Shown here one piece after another: positions 32,515 to 44,134 of a stretch of 64,000 bases of DNA. The number at the start of each line of letters is the position of its first letter. Position 1 is the stretch's first letter. The notes under the pieces were generated by a model, which was not told where the DNA came from, did not search any database, and saw nothing but the letters and a program-made list of their open reading frames with translations. The position numbers and the translations under genes are program-made. This DNA is from an uncultured Gemmatimonadaceae bacterium (GTDB lineage: Bacteria > Gemmatimonadota > Gemmatimonadetes > Gemmatimonadales > Gemmatimonadaceae), in the NCBI GenBank assembly GCA_963829055.1, contig CAWHHI010000004.1, positions 1 through 64,000 of the forward strand, in the 5' to 3' direction.

Positions 32515-33564
32515 ATGACCGAGGCGCGAATGATTCGAGCTGTGGTTGTCGCAAGCGCGATGCTTGCCCTTGGCGTCGCGGTTCATACCGCTGACGCGCA
32601 GACGTTCAAGGTTGCCAAGTACAACATTGGTGGCGAAGGCGGTACCGACTACGTGACGGCCGAAGCAGGAACGGGCCGAGTGTTCGTGTCGCGCGGGACT
32701 CACGTGATGGTCGTCGACGGGCCGACGGGGAAGGTGCTCGGCGACATTCCCGACACGCCGCGCATGCACGGCGTTGGCATTGCCGCGAAGCACAATCATG
32801 GCTTCACGACGAACGCCGGAGATTCCACCGTCACGATGTTCGATCTCAAGACGCTCGCCGTGATCAAGAAGATCCCGGTCAAGGTCGGTGGTCTCGACGG
32901 GATCATGTACGACGACTACAGCGATCGCATCATCCTCACGAATCACAGTCGCCCGATCGGCACCGCCGTCGCGCTCGACGCAAATACCGGCGACATCGTC
33001 GGGACCGCGGAGCTCGAGGACATCGCGCCCGAGGGTGCGGCGAGCGATGGTAAGGGAAAGCTCTTCGTGAACAACGAGGAGAAGAACACGATCCAGGTGC
33101 TCGACGCGAAGTCGATGAAGGTGCTCGCGTCGTGGCCGCTCGCGCCGTGCGAGGGTCCGACCGGTATCGCCTATGATCGCAAGACGGACCGCATCTTCTC
33201 GGGCTGCGGAAAGACGTCGGTCGTCGTGGACGCGAAGACGGGCAAGGTCGTCGCACAGATCGCGAACGGTGACGGTGTCGACGCGCTCGGTTTCGATCCG
33301 GCGCAGAAGCTGATCTATATTCCCGCGGGGCGCGACGGCAACGTGACGGTCGTACACCAGGACTCGCCGGACAAGTACACGGTGGTCGCCACGGTGCAGA
33401 CGATGGTGGGCGCAAAAACGATCACGGTGGATCCCGTGACGCATAACGCGTATCTGTTCCAGCCCGAGTACGGTCCCGCTCCGGCCGGCGCGCCTCCGGG
33501 TCCTGGGGGACGTCCAGCGCGAGGTCCGGTGGTCGCGGGTTGGTTCTTCACGATAACCCACTGA
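32515..33564 (+). CDS. Secreted YncE/YVTN-like beta-propeller
   Basis: Signal peptide; GGTDYV, VMVVDGPTGKV, LAPCEGPTGIAYD, VVDAKTGKVVA. Confidence 0.85.
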   Translation: MTEARMIRAVVVASAMLALGVAVHTADAQTFKVAKYNIGGEGGTDYVTAEAGTGRVFVSRGTHVMVVDGPTGKVLGDIPDTPRMHGVGIAAKHNHGFTTNAGDSTVTMFDLKTLAVIKKIPVKVGGLDGIMYDDYSDRIILTNHSRPIGTAVALDANTGDIVGTAELEDIAPEGAASDGKGKLFVNNEEKNTIQVLDAKSMKVLASWPLAPCEGPTGIAYDRKTDRIFSGCGKTSVVVDAKTGKVVAQIANGDGVDALGFDPAQKLIYIPAGRDGNVTVVHQDSPDKYTVVATVQTMVGAKTITVDPVTHNAYLFQPEYGPAPAGAPPGPGGRPARGPVVAGWFFTITH

Positions 33565-33569
33565 TCCGA

Positions 33570-33960
33570 TTGCGACGATTGGACGGATGGTCGGACGCAT
33601 CTTCTGTTTCGTCGCGCCGGGGTCGGTGGGAACTACGATTGGGCGGATCACACGGAAACACCGGATACGGCTTGCATCGAGCCGGTCTACCGTGACCGAT
33701 GAAAGGGAACGGCCACTCGGGAGCCTCCTGCGCACGAGCGGACCGTTGGGGAACGGCCGCTCGGGAGACGCCAGCATCCCGAGCGGCCGTTCCCATTTCA
33801 TTCACGGTCCGGCGACGAGCCAGCGTCAATGCAAAGCCGTATCCGGCCGTTTTCCGTGTGATCCGCCCAATCGTAGTTCCCACCGACCCCGGCGCGATGA
33901 TGCGGGAATGCAAAGCCGGACCCGTCCAATCGTAATTCGGCCGGCTCTGGCGCGATGATG
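33570..33960. repeat. Large nested palindromic element family C, copy 1
   Basis: TCGCGCCGGGGTCGGTGGGAACTACGATTGGGCGGATCACACGGAAA (~33612) pairs with TTTCCGTGTGATCCGCCCAATCGTAGTTCCCACCGACCCCGGCGCGA (~33851-33897); inner GGGAACGGCCGCTCGGGA hairpin. Confidence 0.9.
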
Positions 33961-34024
33961 TGTCCGGGCGGTTCTTTTCCATGTCAATCGCCACTCACCA
34001 ATCGCCACCCGCCGGACCTGATCA

Positions 34025-36213
34025 ATGAAGAAGATCGGTTTTCTCATTGTCGCCATCGCGTGCGGCGCGTGCACCGCCGCCAAAGGTGACACCGACAACC
34101 CCGACGCCGCACGCTGGGATCAGCAGGCGAAGAACGTCACCATCACTCGCGACGATTGGGGCATCGCGCACATCCACGGGAAAACCGACGCCGACGCAGT
34201 CTTCGGACTCGTGTACGCGCAGGCCGAGGATGATTTCAATCGCGTCGAGATGAACTTCGTGAACTCGATGGGGCGTCTCGCCGAGACCGCCGGCGAGCGC
34301 GAGATCTATCGCGATCTTCGCATGAAGCTGTTCATCGATCCCGACAGCATCAAGGCGATGTATGCGACGAGCCCCGATTCGCTCAAGGCGCTCATGGGTG
34401 CGTGGGCCGACGGGTTGAACTACTACCTCTACAAGCATCCTGACGTCACGCCGAAGGTCATCAAGAAGTTCGAGCCGTGGATGGCGCTGACGTTCAGCGA
34501 AGGCAGCATTGGTGGTGACATCGAGCGTGTGAATCTTCGCGAGCTCCAGGCGTTCTACGGCGGAACGCGTGACACCACGCGAGCGCTCACCGACCTAACG
34601 AGTCGTGTCCGGCCCGAGCCGACCGGCTCGAACGGCATCGCCATCGCGCCATCGATCACGGCGACGAAGCACGCGATGCTCCTCATCAACCCGCACACGT
34701 CGTTCTTCTTCCGCTCCGAGGTGCAGGTCTCGAGCGACCAGGGACTCAACGCGTACGGCGCGGTGACGTGGGGACAGTTCTTCGTCTACCAGGGCTTCAA
34801 CAACCGCGTCGGCTGGATGCACACGTCGAGCGGCGTGGACAACATCGACGAGTACGCCGAGTCGATCGTGAAGAAGGGCGACAGCGTGTTCTATCAGTAC
34901 GGCAAGGATCTCCGTCCCCTCGTGGTGCAGAAGATCAGCGTGCCGTACAAGTCGGGCACGGGCATGGCGAGCAAGGACTTCACCGTGTACCGCACGCATC
35001 ACGGCCCGATCATCCGCGAGGCGGACGGCAAGTGGATCGCCATTCGTCTCATGCAGGATCCGGTGGACGCGCTCACGCAGTCGTACTACCGCACGAAGAC
35101 CAAGAGTTACGACGAGTACAAGAAGGTGATGGACCTGCACACGAACTCGTCGAACAACACGCTGTTCGCGAGTGCTGACGGCGACATCGCGTACTTCCAC
35201 GCGAACTTCATCCCGAAGCGCGATCCGAAGTTCGACTGGCGGAAGCCCGTGGATGGCAGCAACCCGGCCACGGAGTGGGGCGAGCTGCTGAGCGTCGAGC
35301 AGAGTCCGCTCGTGCACAACCCATCCAACGGCTGGGTCTACAACACGAACAACTGGCCCTACTCGGCCGCCGGCCCCAATAGCCCGAAGCTCAAGGATTA
35401 TCCGGCGTACGTCGAGAGCGGCGGTGAGAACGCGCGCGGCATCCACGCCATCCGCGTGTTGAAGGACAAGAAGGATTTCACGTTAGGCTCGTTCGTGAGC
35501 GCCGCGTACGACAGCTACCTGACAGCGTTCGACGTGCTGCTCCCGCCGCTCATCGACGCCTACGACAAGACGCCCAGCGAGCAATCCGGCGAAGGCGAAG
35601 GTCGCGGAGCAGATCGACTCGCTGCGGAAGTGGGATCGTCGCTGGGGTGTGTCGTCGGTGCCGACGTCGCTCGCGGTGTTCTGGGGCGAGGAGATGAGTC
35701 GCCGAGTGGGCAAGGATGCGCGCGAGGAGGACGTCGCGCTCGACGACTACATCGCGAAGCGCACGACGCCCGCAGCAGCGGCTGGACGCGCTCGTCGCGG
35801 CGTCCGATTCGCTCACCGCGGATTTCGGTTCGTGGAAGACGCCGTGGGGGAACATCAACCGCTTCCAGCGTCTGACGGATGACATCGTCCATCCGTTCAA
35901 CGATTCCGGCCCGAGCATCCCGGTCGGCTTCACGTCGTCGCGCTGGGGCTCGCTCGCGTCGTTCGGCGCGCGTCCGTACAAGAACACGAAGAAGTGGTAC
36001 GGCACGAGCGGTAACAGCTTCGTCGCGGCGGTCGAGTTCGGGGACAGCATCACCGCGAAGGCCGTCACCGCGGGTGGCGAGAGCGGGGATCCGAAGTCAC
36101 CGCACTTCAACGATCAGGCGGAGCGTTATGCGACGGGCAACCTTCGCGACGTGTACTTCTACCCGTCGCAGCTGAAGGGACACACCGCGCGTCAGTACAA
36201 CCCTGGTAGCTGA
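34025..36213 (+). CDS. Penicillin acylase-family Ntn hydrolase (lipoprotein), frameshifted near the C-terminus
   Basis: TITRDDWGIAHIHG, YAQAEDDF, GSNGIAIAP (Ser nucleophile), LINPH, GGESGDPKSPHFNDQA. Confidence 0.92.
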
Positions 36214-36254
36214 GTGGCTGCCAAGGCTGCTCCGGCATCTCAGACGAAAGGGCG

Positions 36255-36485
36255 AACGGATGCAGCGGATTTAGCGGATTGACTCCGTCGTGTGTCGAGG
36301 AGGGCAGCAGTGTATCGTGCGTCAGCGAGGCCGTTGAAGCGAGCGTGGCCTTGCCGTACGAGCGTCATCGAGGTCCCTAGCCGCTCGCCTCGGGATGCAC
36401 TGTCCCAGAACGGTCCCACGTCGCTGGTTCGCTGGGATGCCACGTGCCCTCGCGGAGTCGATCCGGCCGTTCCGCAGCATCCGTT
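36255..36485. repeat. Element with ~33-bp imperfect terminal inverted repeats between convergent genes
   Basis: AACGGATGC..GCGGA..CGGATTGACTCCG / CGGAGTCGATCCG..TCCGC..GCATCCGTT. Confidence 0.7.
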
Positions 36486-36527
36486 AATCCCTGCGTCTGG
36501 ATGTCCGCCGATGCAGTTCGCGGCGTC

Positions 36528-38050
36528 CTACGGTGCACGCCACTCGGCCGCTCCGCTCGCGTTGCCCGCGACATCGATGGCATTCATGAGCACCCGCGAT
36601 GTCCCAGCAGGCAGCCCGACCGATCGCTCGGCCCCGAACACCACGCGTGTCGTCCAGCCCGCAGCGCCCTGTGATCGCACGACCCACCAGCGTGGCGGCT
36701 CGTCATCGCCCGGCGTCATCGCCAGCAATCCATTCGCGACGGTGATCGTGGGCGTCGGCGGTGCAGCTCCGTCGAGCCACGTGTACGCTGGCGGAATAGC
36801 CCGTAAACGGTAGAGATCAGCGGCCAACGACGCCGCCACGGCGCCACCGCCACGCGTCAGCGTGGACGTCGTGTTGTACAACAGATGCCCCGTCCCACCG
36901 GCACGCGTGCGCGTTAGGCTCACCTGGCTCGGGATCTCGCTCGTCCCGAACGCGCTCGATGTCCCGTCGCCCACGCGATACGCAGCAAGGCCCGGCCACA
37001 CGTGCCGCCCGCGCGCGTTCTGCGCCAGCCACCAGTCGAACAGAGCAGGGAAGCTTTGTTGCGGCGCCGAGATCGCCCAGTAGAGCTGCGGCGCGAGATA
37101 GTCGACCCAGCCCTGCTGCAGCCACTTCCGCGAGTCGGCGTAGATCTCGGCGTACGCGTCGAGGCCGGCGACGCCGTTCGGACTCCCCGGACGCCAGATG
37201 CCGAACGGCGAGATCCCGACCGCGATGGTCGGCTTGATCGCGTGAACCTCGCGATACATGCGCTCGACGAAGCGGTCGACGTTCGCGCGCCGCCAGTCGG
37301 CGATCGTTAGGCCGCGCGCCACTCCGGCAGGTAAGTCGCGGTGTCGGGAAACTCGATGGCACGGTTCGCCGCGTCCGTCTGCCGATACGGGTAGAAGTAG
37401 TCGTCCGCGTGGACGCCATCCACGTCGTACCGCTGCACGATGTCCGCGATCACGCGCATGACGTGATCGTGCACCGCCGGCTCGCCCGGGTCGAGCCAGA
37501 TCATGCTGCCGTACACGCGCACGATGTCACGACGCGTCCTGAACAGATGCGTCGGCGCGAGGCGAGTGGTGTCGGACGCGTTTCCAGCGCGAAAGGGGTT
37601 GATCCAGGCGTGCAACTGGAGGCCGCGCGCATGCGCCTCCTGCACGGCGAACGCGAGCGGATCGTAGCCGGGATCGGCCCCCTGCGTGCCGGTCAGCAAC
37701 GCGGCCCAGGGCTCGAGGCTCGACTGGTAGACGGCGTCCGACGCCGGTCGGACCTGCAACAGGATCGCGTTGAATCCGGCCGCTGCCGCACGATCGAGAA
37801 TGCTCACGAGCTCCGCGCGTTGCTGAGCCGGCGTGAGCGTCGTGCGTGATGGCCAGTCGATGTTGGCGACGGTCGCCACCCAGAGCCCACGCATCTCGCG
37901 TTGGATCGCGGGCGGGTTGGGGTCGGGAGTGATCACAGGCGGTGCAGTGAACTCCTTCGAGTCGGAGCATGCGGCGAAGAGCACGAGCTGCGTCGTCAAC
38001 GCCATGATGCCTCCCCATGGCCGGCGCCTAACGTGGGTCAGCAATTCCAT
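36528..38050 (-). CDS. GHL10 (YddW/DigH-like) glycoside hydrolase lipoprotein, frameshift near 37325
   Basis: REMRGLWVATVANIDWPS, LHAWINPFRA, YDVDGVHADDYFYPY, GISPFGIW, DYLAPQLYW. Confidence 0.92.
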
Positions 38051-38126
38051 CTGAGTCACTGCGCGTGAGGGCTGGCATCGACCGAAGTGTGATGAACGAT
38101 ATACACGGACGGCGAGTATGCATCTG

Positions 38127-38432
38127 TCGCGCGGCGGCCTGGTGGGAACTACGATCGGGCGGATCTGTACTGCGAAACTGGCCGGATACGGCTTTGCATT
38201 CACGCATCATCGCGCCGCGGCCGGGGAACTACGATTGGGCGGATGAAACGGAAGAATCAGGATACCGCCTCGGGACGCATCTGGACGTCCTCCGCGACGG
38301 CGGCCGTTCCCATTCATTCAGGTCCGCGGCACGAGCCAGCGTCGATGCAAAGCCGTATCCGGCCGTTTTCCGTGTCATCCGCAAGATCGTAGTTCCCACC
38401 GGCCGCGGCGCGACGATGCGCGGATGCAATGA
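38127..38432. repeat. Family C element, copy 2 (two left arms and one right arm)
   Basis: GGGAACTACGAT at ~38144 and ~38225; ~130 bp at 38299-38430 nearly identical to 33783-33912. Confidence 0.85.
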
Positions 38433-38517
38433 TTTGATGCTGCCCGCGACGGGATGATGACACACATCCCAGCATCGCAGTGCACCTTCCGCGCACATCG
38501 CCCCACGGAGAAAGAAC

Positions 38518-39048
38518 ATGCACACGGTATGGAGTCGCGGTCGCCTCCTCGGACAATCGGAGCTCGGCCCCGAACGCTCGTTCCCGGGCATGCGGATGGG
38601 AGACTTCGAGCCGTCACCGATCGGCGAACGGCTCCTCCCCGTCATCCTCGGTGTCTCGCCGGCGGTGAAAGCGCTGTGCGAGATCGTCATCAACGCCCGC
38701 GAGGAGATCGAGCAGAAGGGTGGGACACCACCCGTCGGCGAATATCCGGATGCCGTTCGCCAGACCACCGAGTACGCGGACGCGGTTTCGATCCAGGATG
38801 AGGTCGAGAGCCTCGCGCTGGAGCTACGCGACGAGCACGGCAACGTCGTCGCCACCGACTGGATCTCCTTCCAGGACGGCCATCGGCTCGCCGCGCTCGC
38901 TCGCGAGGAAATGGCGGCGATCGACCCCGACCTCGAGTTCGACGACGACCTCGAGCCTTGGGAGCCCGAGCCACCTCGGTACCAGATCCTGGTCGCGCTC
39001 GAAGGGTTCGAGAAACGGATGGACCGTCGGGCCAGTCGGCGGAAATAA
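38518..39048 (+). CDS. Hypothetical acidic protein
   Basis: Clean ORF with GGAG RBS upstream. Confidence 0.7.
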   Translation: MHTVWSRGRLLGQSELGPERSFPGMRMGDFEPSPIGERLLPVILGVSPAVKALCEIVINAREEIEQKGGTPPVGEYPDAVRQTTEYADAVSIQDEVESLALELRDEHGNVVATDWISFQDGHRLAALAREEMAAIDPDLEFDDDLEPWEPEPPRYQILVALEGFEKRMDRRASRRK

Positions 39049-39137
39049 TTGCGAGGCGTGTGAACCTTTTCGGTGCTCGCTCCGTCAAATCGAAACAGTC
39101 AGACGGCTGGCGTAGCGGTCCAGTCGATCGTGCTGTA

Positions 39138-39154
39138 TTTCTACAATGTAGAAA
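39138..39154. promoter_or_regulatory. Probable PadR operator
   Basis: Perfect AT-rich inverted repeat TTTCTACA-A-TGTAGAAA 30 bp upstream of the permease-padR operon. Confidence 0.65.
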
Positions 39155-39184
39155 CATCCACGTGCCGAATTCCGTTGTACCCGA

Positions 39185-41842
39185 ATGACCGCACCCGCCG
39201 TACTTCCCACGCCTCCTCGACTGCCAACGTCCGTGCTTCGTGCGTTGCTCCCGGTCGCCGAACGCGACGAGGTGCTTGCCGACCTCGCGGCGGAGTTCGC
39301 TTATCGGGCGGCTGAATTCGGGCGGCGGCAGGCGGACGTCTGGTACTGGCGACAAACCGTGTCATCGGCTCCTTCCCTCGTTCGCCGCAGTTGGTGGCGC
39401 GGCTGGAACGGGTTCGAGCCCAGTGCGAACCGAATGCGACCTGGAGGTCCGTCGATGGAAAGCTGGATCATGGACGCGCGCTACGCCGCGCGGAGGCTCC
39501 TACGCCGTCCGCTCTACGCACTCCTGTCGGTGCTCACGCTCGCGCTGGGCATCGGCGGTATCGCGTCGGTCTACGGCATCGCGCGCCCGATCCTGCTCGA
39601 CCCACTCCCCTACAAGGCGGAAGAAGGGCTGGCCGCGTTCTGGATGCCATTCGACTGGACAGAGCAGGAATTCCTGTTCTTGCGCGGCAAAATCCCGGGC
39701 TTCTCGGAAGTCGCGGCCTACCGGAACGACAACGTCCTGCTCGACCGCGGTGACGGAGAGGTCCGCCTGCTCTCGACGGTCGCGACGTCCTTCGAGCTCT
39801 TCTCCGTGCTCGGCGCGCCTCCCGCATTCGGGCGCGCATTCCAGGCTGGTGACGATGCGCGCGGAGCCGAGCCGGTGGCCGTGCTCTCGTACGGCTTGTG
39901 GCAGGAGCTCGGTGGCGACCGCAAGATCATCGGGCAGCGGCTCAAGATCGACGGCGAGCCGCGAACGGTCGTCGGCGTCATGCCCCGCGGTTTCTGGTTT
40001 CCCGACCCGACCGTTCGCCTGTGGATCCCGCAGCCGCTCAACCCGGAAAGTCGCTCGGGCAACTACGCGTTCGTCGGTCGCCTGGCGCCCGGGATGCGCG
40101 TTGACAACATGGCCGGCCCTCTCGCGGAATTCGTTCGGATCCTCAAGGATCGCTTCACGTATCCGCCGCAGTGGGACAAGACCAAGTCTCCCGTGCTGAC
40201 GCCGCTGCGCGCGAGCCTCGTGGGCTCGCTCCGGCCGGCGCTCGTCGCGACGTTCGTCGCGATGGGGCTCATCCTGCTCATCGCCTGCGCCAACGTCGCC
40301 GCGCTGATGCTCGGCCAGGTGGAAGGCCGTACGACCGAGATCGCCGTCCGGTCAGCGTTAGGCGCGAATCGCGTGCGGCTCACCCAGCAGCTCGTGGCCG
40401 AAGCGATTCTCATAGGAGTGTCCGCCGGTCTGGCTGGCGCTCTGCTCGCCGCCGGGGCGTTCCGCGGACTCGTCACCGCGCTTCCGCTCGGTGCCTGGAG
40501 TGAGAGCGCGACGCTCGAACTGGACCGTCTTCGCAGCCGCGATGGCAGTGGCGGTCATCGCCGCCGCGATGGTCGCGATCGCGCCGAGCGTCGCCATGTG
40601 GCGCGGTGACATCCGCGGGACGTTGGGGAGCGCGCGCACGGGTGGCATTGCTGGACGCGGCGGCAGGCTCGAAGGCTCGCTGGTCGTTGCCGAAGTCGCG
40701 CTCGCCGTCGTCATGGCGGCCGGCGCGGGTCTGCTCATCCGCAGCGTGACGAAACTGTACGCGATCGACCCCGGCGTCGTCACGAGCGACGTCGGCGTGA
40801 TCGATATCGCGCTGCCTAACGAGCCGGCTCGCCCGGCAGCGTCAGGCACTGGCCGAAGTCACTGCCGCGTTGCGCGCGATGCCCGGAGTCACCGGTGCCG
40901 GTGCCACGCAGAAGCTGCCGCTTCGCGGCGGCGGGTGGAGCTCGGGCATCACCATCGAGGGCGTCACGCAGACGGAAGTCACGACCACGTTCGTCCGCCT
41001 CGTGACTCCCGGATATCTGGAGACACATGGGGGTCAAGCTCCGGGATGGACGACTGTTCACGGAGACGGATCGTAGCGCCGCCGGTGATAGCGCCGGCGA
41101 GCCGCCGATCATCATCAACGAGGCGCTGGCGCGGAAGTACTTCGAAGGCACGAACCCTGTCGGCCGTCGTATCTCGACTGGTTTCGGCCCGCGTCTCGGA
41201 CGCGTCATCGGCGTCGTGAACGACGTGGCCGAGGGCGCGCTGACGGACAAGGCAGCACCGGCGCGCTACATGGTGCACGAGACGCTCCCATTCGTTCCGA
41301 GCGGTGAGGCCCTCGTCTTTCACACAGCCGGTCGTGGCGCGGAAGCCGCGCTCGATGACGCCCGTCAGATGGTGCGTCGCGTCGTCCCGGGCGCGGGCGT
41401 TCAGAAGGTGTCGACGATGGATCGCGAGCTCGCGCTCGCCGTTGGTCCAGCGCGACAGGTCATGATGCTCCTCACGATCCTGACGCTGCTCGCCCTCGTG
41501 CTCGGCGCCGTTGGCGTGTACGGCGTGATCTCGCACTTCGTCAATCGGCGCAGCCGCGACTGGGGCGTGCGTATCGCGCTCGGCATGATGCCGATGAAGG
41601 TCGTGCGCATGATCGTCGCGCGTGGCGCCACGCTCGTCGCGGGCGGTGTCGTGATCGGCATCGCAGCGTTCTTCGCGCTCGCCCGACTCCTCGGCTCGCT
41701 GCTCTACGGCGTTGGAGCGAGCGATCCCATCGCCGTCGTTGCGGCGACGACGGTACTGTTCGTCGTCGGGATACTGGCAGCGATCATCCCGGGTCTGCGC
41801 GCGAGTCGCACTGACCCGGCCATCGTCCTCCGAGAGCAATGA
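39185..41842 (+). CDS. ADOP-type duplicated MacB/FtsX permease with N-terminal prefix domain, frameshifted
   Basis: DEVLADLAAEF...WYWRQ prefix; LTLALGIG; LLIACANVAALML; EIAVRSALGANR; GVYGVIS; GVRIALG; RASRTDPAIVLRE. Confidence 0.9.
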
Positions 41843-42171
41843 GCACGGACAATTCGCTGGGCGCCTTCGAAGAACAGGTGATGCTCGCTGTGCTGTTGGC
41901 GCGTGACGACGCGTACGGCATGAACGTGCGTCGCGAGATCGAGACGCGCACCGGTCGCGAGATCGCGATCGGTGCCGTGTACGCGACGCTCGATCGGCTC
42001 GAGGCGAAGGACCTGATCGCGTCGAGACGCGTCGCGGGTGATGGCGGCTCGCGACGCGTGTTCAGTGTCACCGCGGCGGGCTCACGCGCGCTCGTGGAAA
42101 CACGGTCGCTGCGCGAGCGGCTCTGGCAGGGTGTGGATCCGCGTTGGCTCGTCGCGAAGGGACGCGCCTGA
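41839..42171 (+). CDS. PadR-family transcriptional regulator
   Basis: LGAFEEQVMLAV, AYGMNV, GAVYATLDRLEAK, FSVTAAG. Confidence 0.95.
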   Translation: MSTDNSLGAFEEQVMLAVLLARDDAYGMNVRREIETRTGREIAIGAVYATLDRLEAKDLIASRRVAGDGGSRRVFSVTAAGSRALVETRSLRERLWQGVDPRWLVAKGRA

Positions 42172-42203
42172 GACGTCCGCCGTCGTCGAGTCGATTGCGA
42201 GTT

Positions 42204-42334
42204 AGCTGTTGAGAGCAGGCGATGCAGGCCGTATTGCCAGAATTGGCAAACGCGAATTATCCCCTGACGTGCGTGAGGCGCCGTGCATTTGCCAATTCTG
42301 GCAATGAGGCCGGAATCGCCTGCTCTCAACAGCT
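42204..42334. repeat. Long hairpin with ~50-bp arms between convergent genes
   Basis: AGCTGTTGAGAGCAGGCGAT..ATTGCCAGAATTGGCAAA / TTTGCCAATTCTGGCAAT..ATCGCCTGCTCTCAACAGCT. Confidence 0.9.
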
Positions 42335-42347
42335 CGCGCTCGCTCCG

Positions 42348-42680
42348 CTAGTCGGGCTGACGGCGCTTCCCGCGTGGCTTCCAGAAGTATCGCGGGAGCA
42401 CGCGGCCGCGGGCGTCGAACTCCACGCCCTCTTCCTCGAGGATGTCGCGCTGCCATCGCGCATCCTCGGGGTAGGCGCGCTTCGCCACTTCGCCTGACGC
42501 GTTGAGCACGCGCTGCCACGGCACGGTGGATTCGCCCGGCAGGTGGTGCAGCGCGTAGCCGACTTGCCGTGCATGGCGGGGGATGCCGGCGAGCTCCGCG
42601 ATCTGCCCGTAGCTCGCGACGCGCCCGCGCGGAATGCGGCGCACGACGGCGTAGATGCGCGTGTAGTGGTCCGACGCCAT
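42348..42680 (-). CDS. Alkyltransferase-like (ATL/YbaZ, MGMT-family) protein
   Basis: IPRGRVASYGQIA, ARQVGYAL, PWQRV in place of catalytic PCHRV. Confidence 0.9.
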   Translation of the reverse strand: MASDHYTRIYAVVRRIPRGRVASYGQIAELAGIPRHARQVGYALHHLPGESTVPWQRVLNASGEVAKRAYPEDARWQRDILEEEGVEFDARGRVLPRYFWKPRGKRRQPD

Positions 42681-42707
42681 AGCTGGTCGTGATCGTTATG
42701 CGGCGCG

Positions 42708-43266
42708 TTAGGTGCCGACGACCGACCGGACCATGACCCAGTCGTCATCGATGCGGCGACCGAGCTTGAACTGCGCCGTCCCCGAGCGCCGAAATCCGCT
42801 CTTCTCGTAGAACGCGACCGCACGAGCGTTGTTCTGATAGACCATCAGCCAGAGCGCGTCTGCCCCGCGCGAACGCGCCTCCGCAATGCAGGCCGACATG
42901 AGCACCCGCGCGATCCCGCGTCCGTGCCAAGGTCGATCGACGTAGAACCGGGAGATCTCGAGCGCGAAACGGCCGGCCAGCGCAGCGGGCGGCGGCGTCT
43001 GACGCAGGTGCGCGTACCCGAGCATGCCGTTCTCCGCGTCCTCCAGCACGAGCACACGGGCGCCGGGTTCGTTCAGCTCGAGCGTCTGCTGCATCGGGCT
43101 GAACGCGTGGGCGACATACGTCGTCGATGTCGGCTGGGTCGTAGCCGTCCTGGTACGTCTCGCGAAAGAGCCGTTCAGCGAACGCGCTGAAGGGCGCGGC
43201 GTCGGCCATGGCCAGAGCACGAATGCGCGGTGCGAATCGATGGGTCTCGTCGGGCGCGGTCGTCAT
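42708..43266 (-). CDS. GNAT acetyltransferase (PaiA-like), frameshifted
   Basis: LFRETY; EISRFYVDRPWHGRGIA; WLMVYQNNARAVAFYEKSGF. Confidence 0.9.
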
Positions 43267-43490
43267 CGGAGCTTGAGTCGTCCCTCCATCCAGCCGAGTG
43301 CAGCGCCGACGAGCGGAAGCAGCACGAACGAGAACAGCACCGCGACGATCCGAGCCCGCCCACCGAGGCGTGGTACGATGCTGGGCAGAAGCTCGCCGGC
43401 CGCTACGAGCGCGGCGAACAACAAGATACCGCCGATGAGCCCGAGCACGAGGCCCGAGACGGCACTCCACGCGACGATGCTCGTCCGCAC
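43263..43490 (-). CDS. Small two-TM membrane protein
   Basis: GTG start at 43490; hydrophobic helices; ATGA overlap with the GNAT gene. Confidence 0.6.
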   Translation of the reverse strand: MRTSIVAWSAVSGLVLGLIGGILLFAALVAAGELLPSIVPRLGGRARIVAVLFSFVLLPLVGAALGWMEGRLKLR

Positions 43491-43492
43491 GC

Positions 43493-44082
43493 CTAACGCG
43501 CCGCCTCGGCCCCATCCCAGAGCGGGCGCAGCTGGAACGCGAACATTCTGAAACATTGGCGCGAGTTGGGCGGGCTCTCGAGCCAATACGCAGAACTCGG
43601 TCGCGGGTCCGAGTGTCATCTTCCGCATCCAGAGCGAGCCGTCAACGGGGCCGAGCGCTGGCTCGATGGCCGCCGAACACCTGCGCGTAGGAGAGGCCTG
43701 CCGGTTTGGAGAACCACTGCGCCGACCGCGGCGCGGTGGGAGCGCTCCCGAGCTTCAGGTGATAGAGGCCAGCAGTTCCCGCGGCGGCGAGGGATGCGGC
43801 CGCATCATGTGGCGCCTTGCGCCCCGCGGTGACGGCTGCCTCCTCGAGCGGATCGAGCGACGCCGCATCGCGCACCAGGTACCAGTCCTCGTACGCCTCG
43901 CCGCCCTGGTTCGCCCAGGGTGCTCCCATCACTGCATGCGAGAACGAGCGGACGAACCCCGCGCTCGGCGACGCCGTGAGCACGCGCTGGAAGGCCTGCT
44001 GTGCGGACTCGTACGCGCCCCGTTCGGCGGAGGCCTGCCGCCAGTGCCAGAACACGTAGGCGAGGAGACTGTCGCGAGTCAT
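43493..44082 (-). CDS. Hypothetical protein, frameshifted
   Basis: LAYVFWHW...YEDWYLV...HDAAA; continues in a shifted frame as LWMRKMTLGPATEFC to a probable TAG at 43493. Confidence 0.6.
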
Positions 44083-44134
44083 GTCGGGTGGTCACCATGT
44101 GAATGGGGACCGAGAAACATGACCGGTCGCTCGG

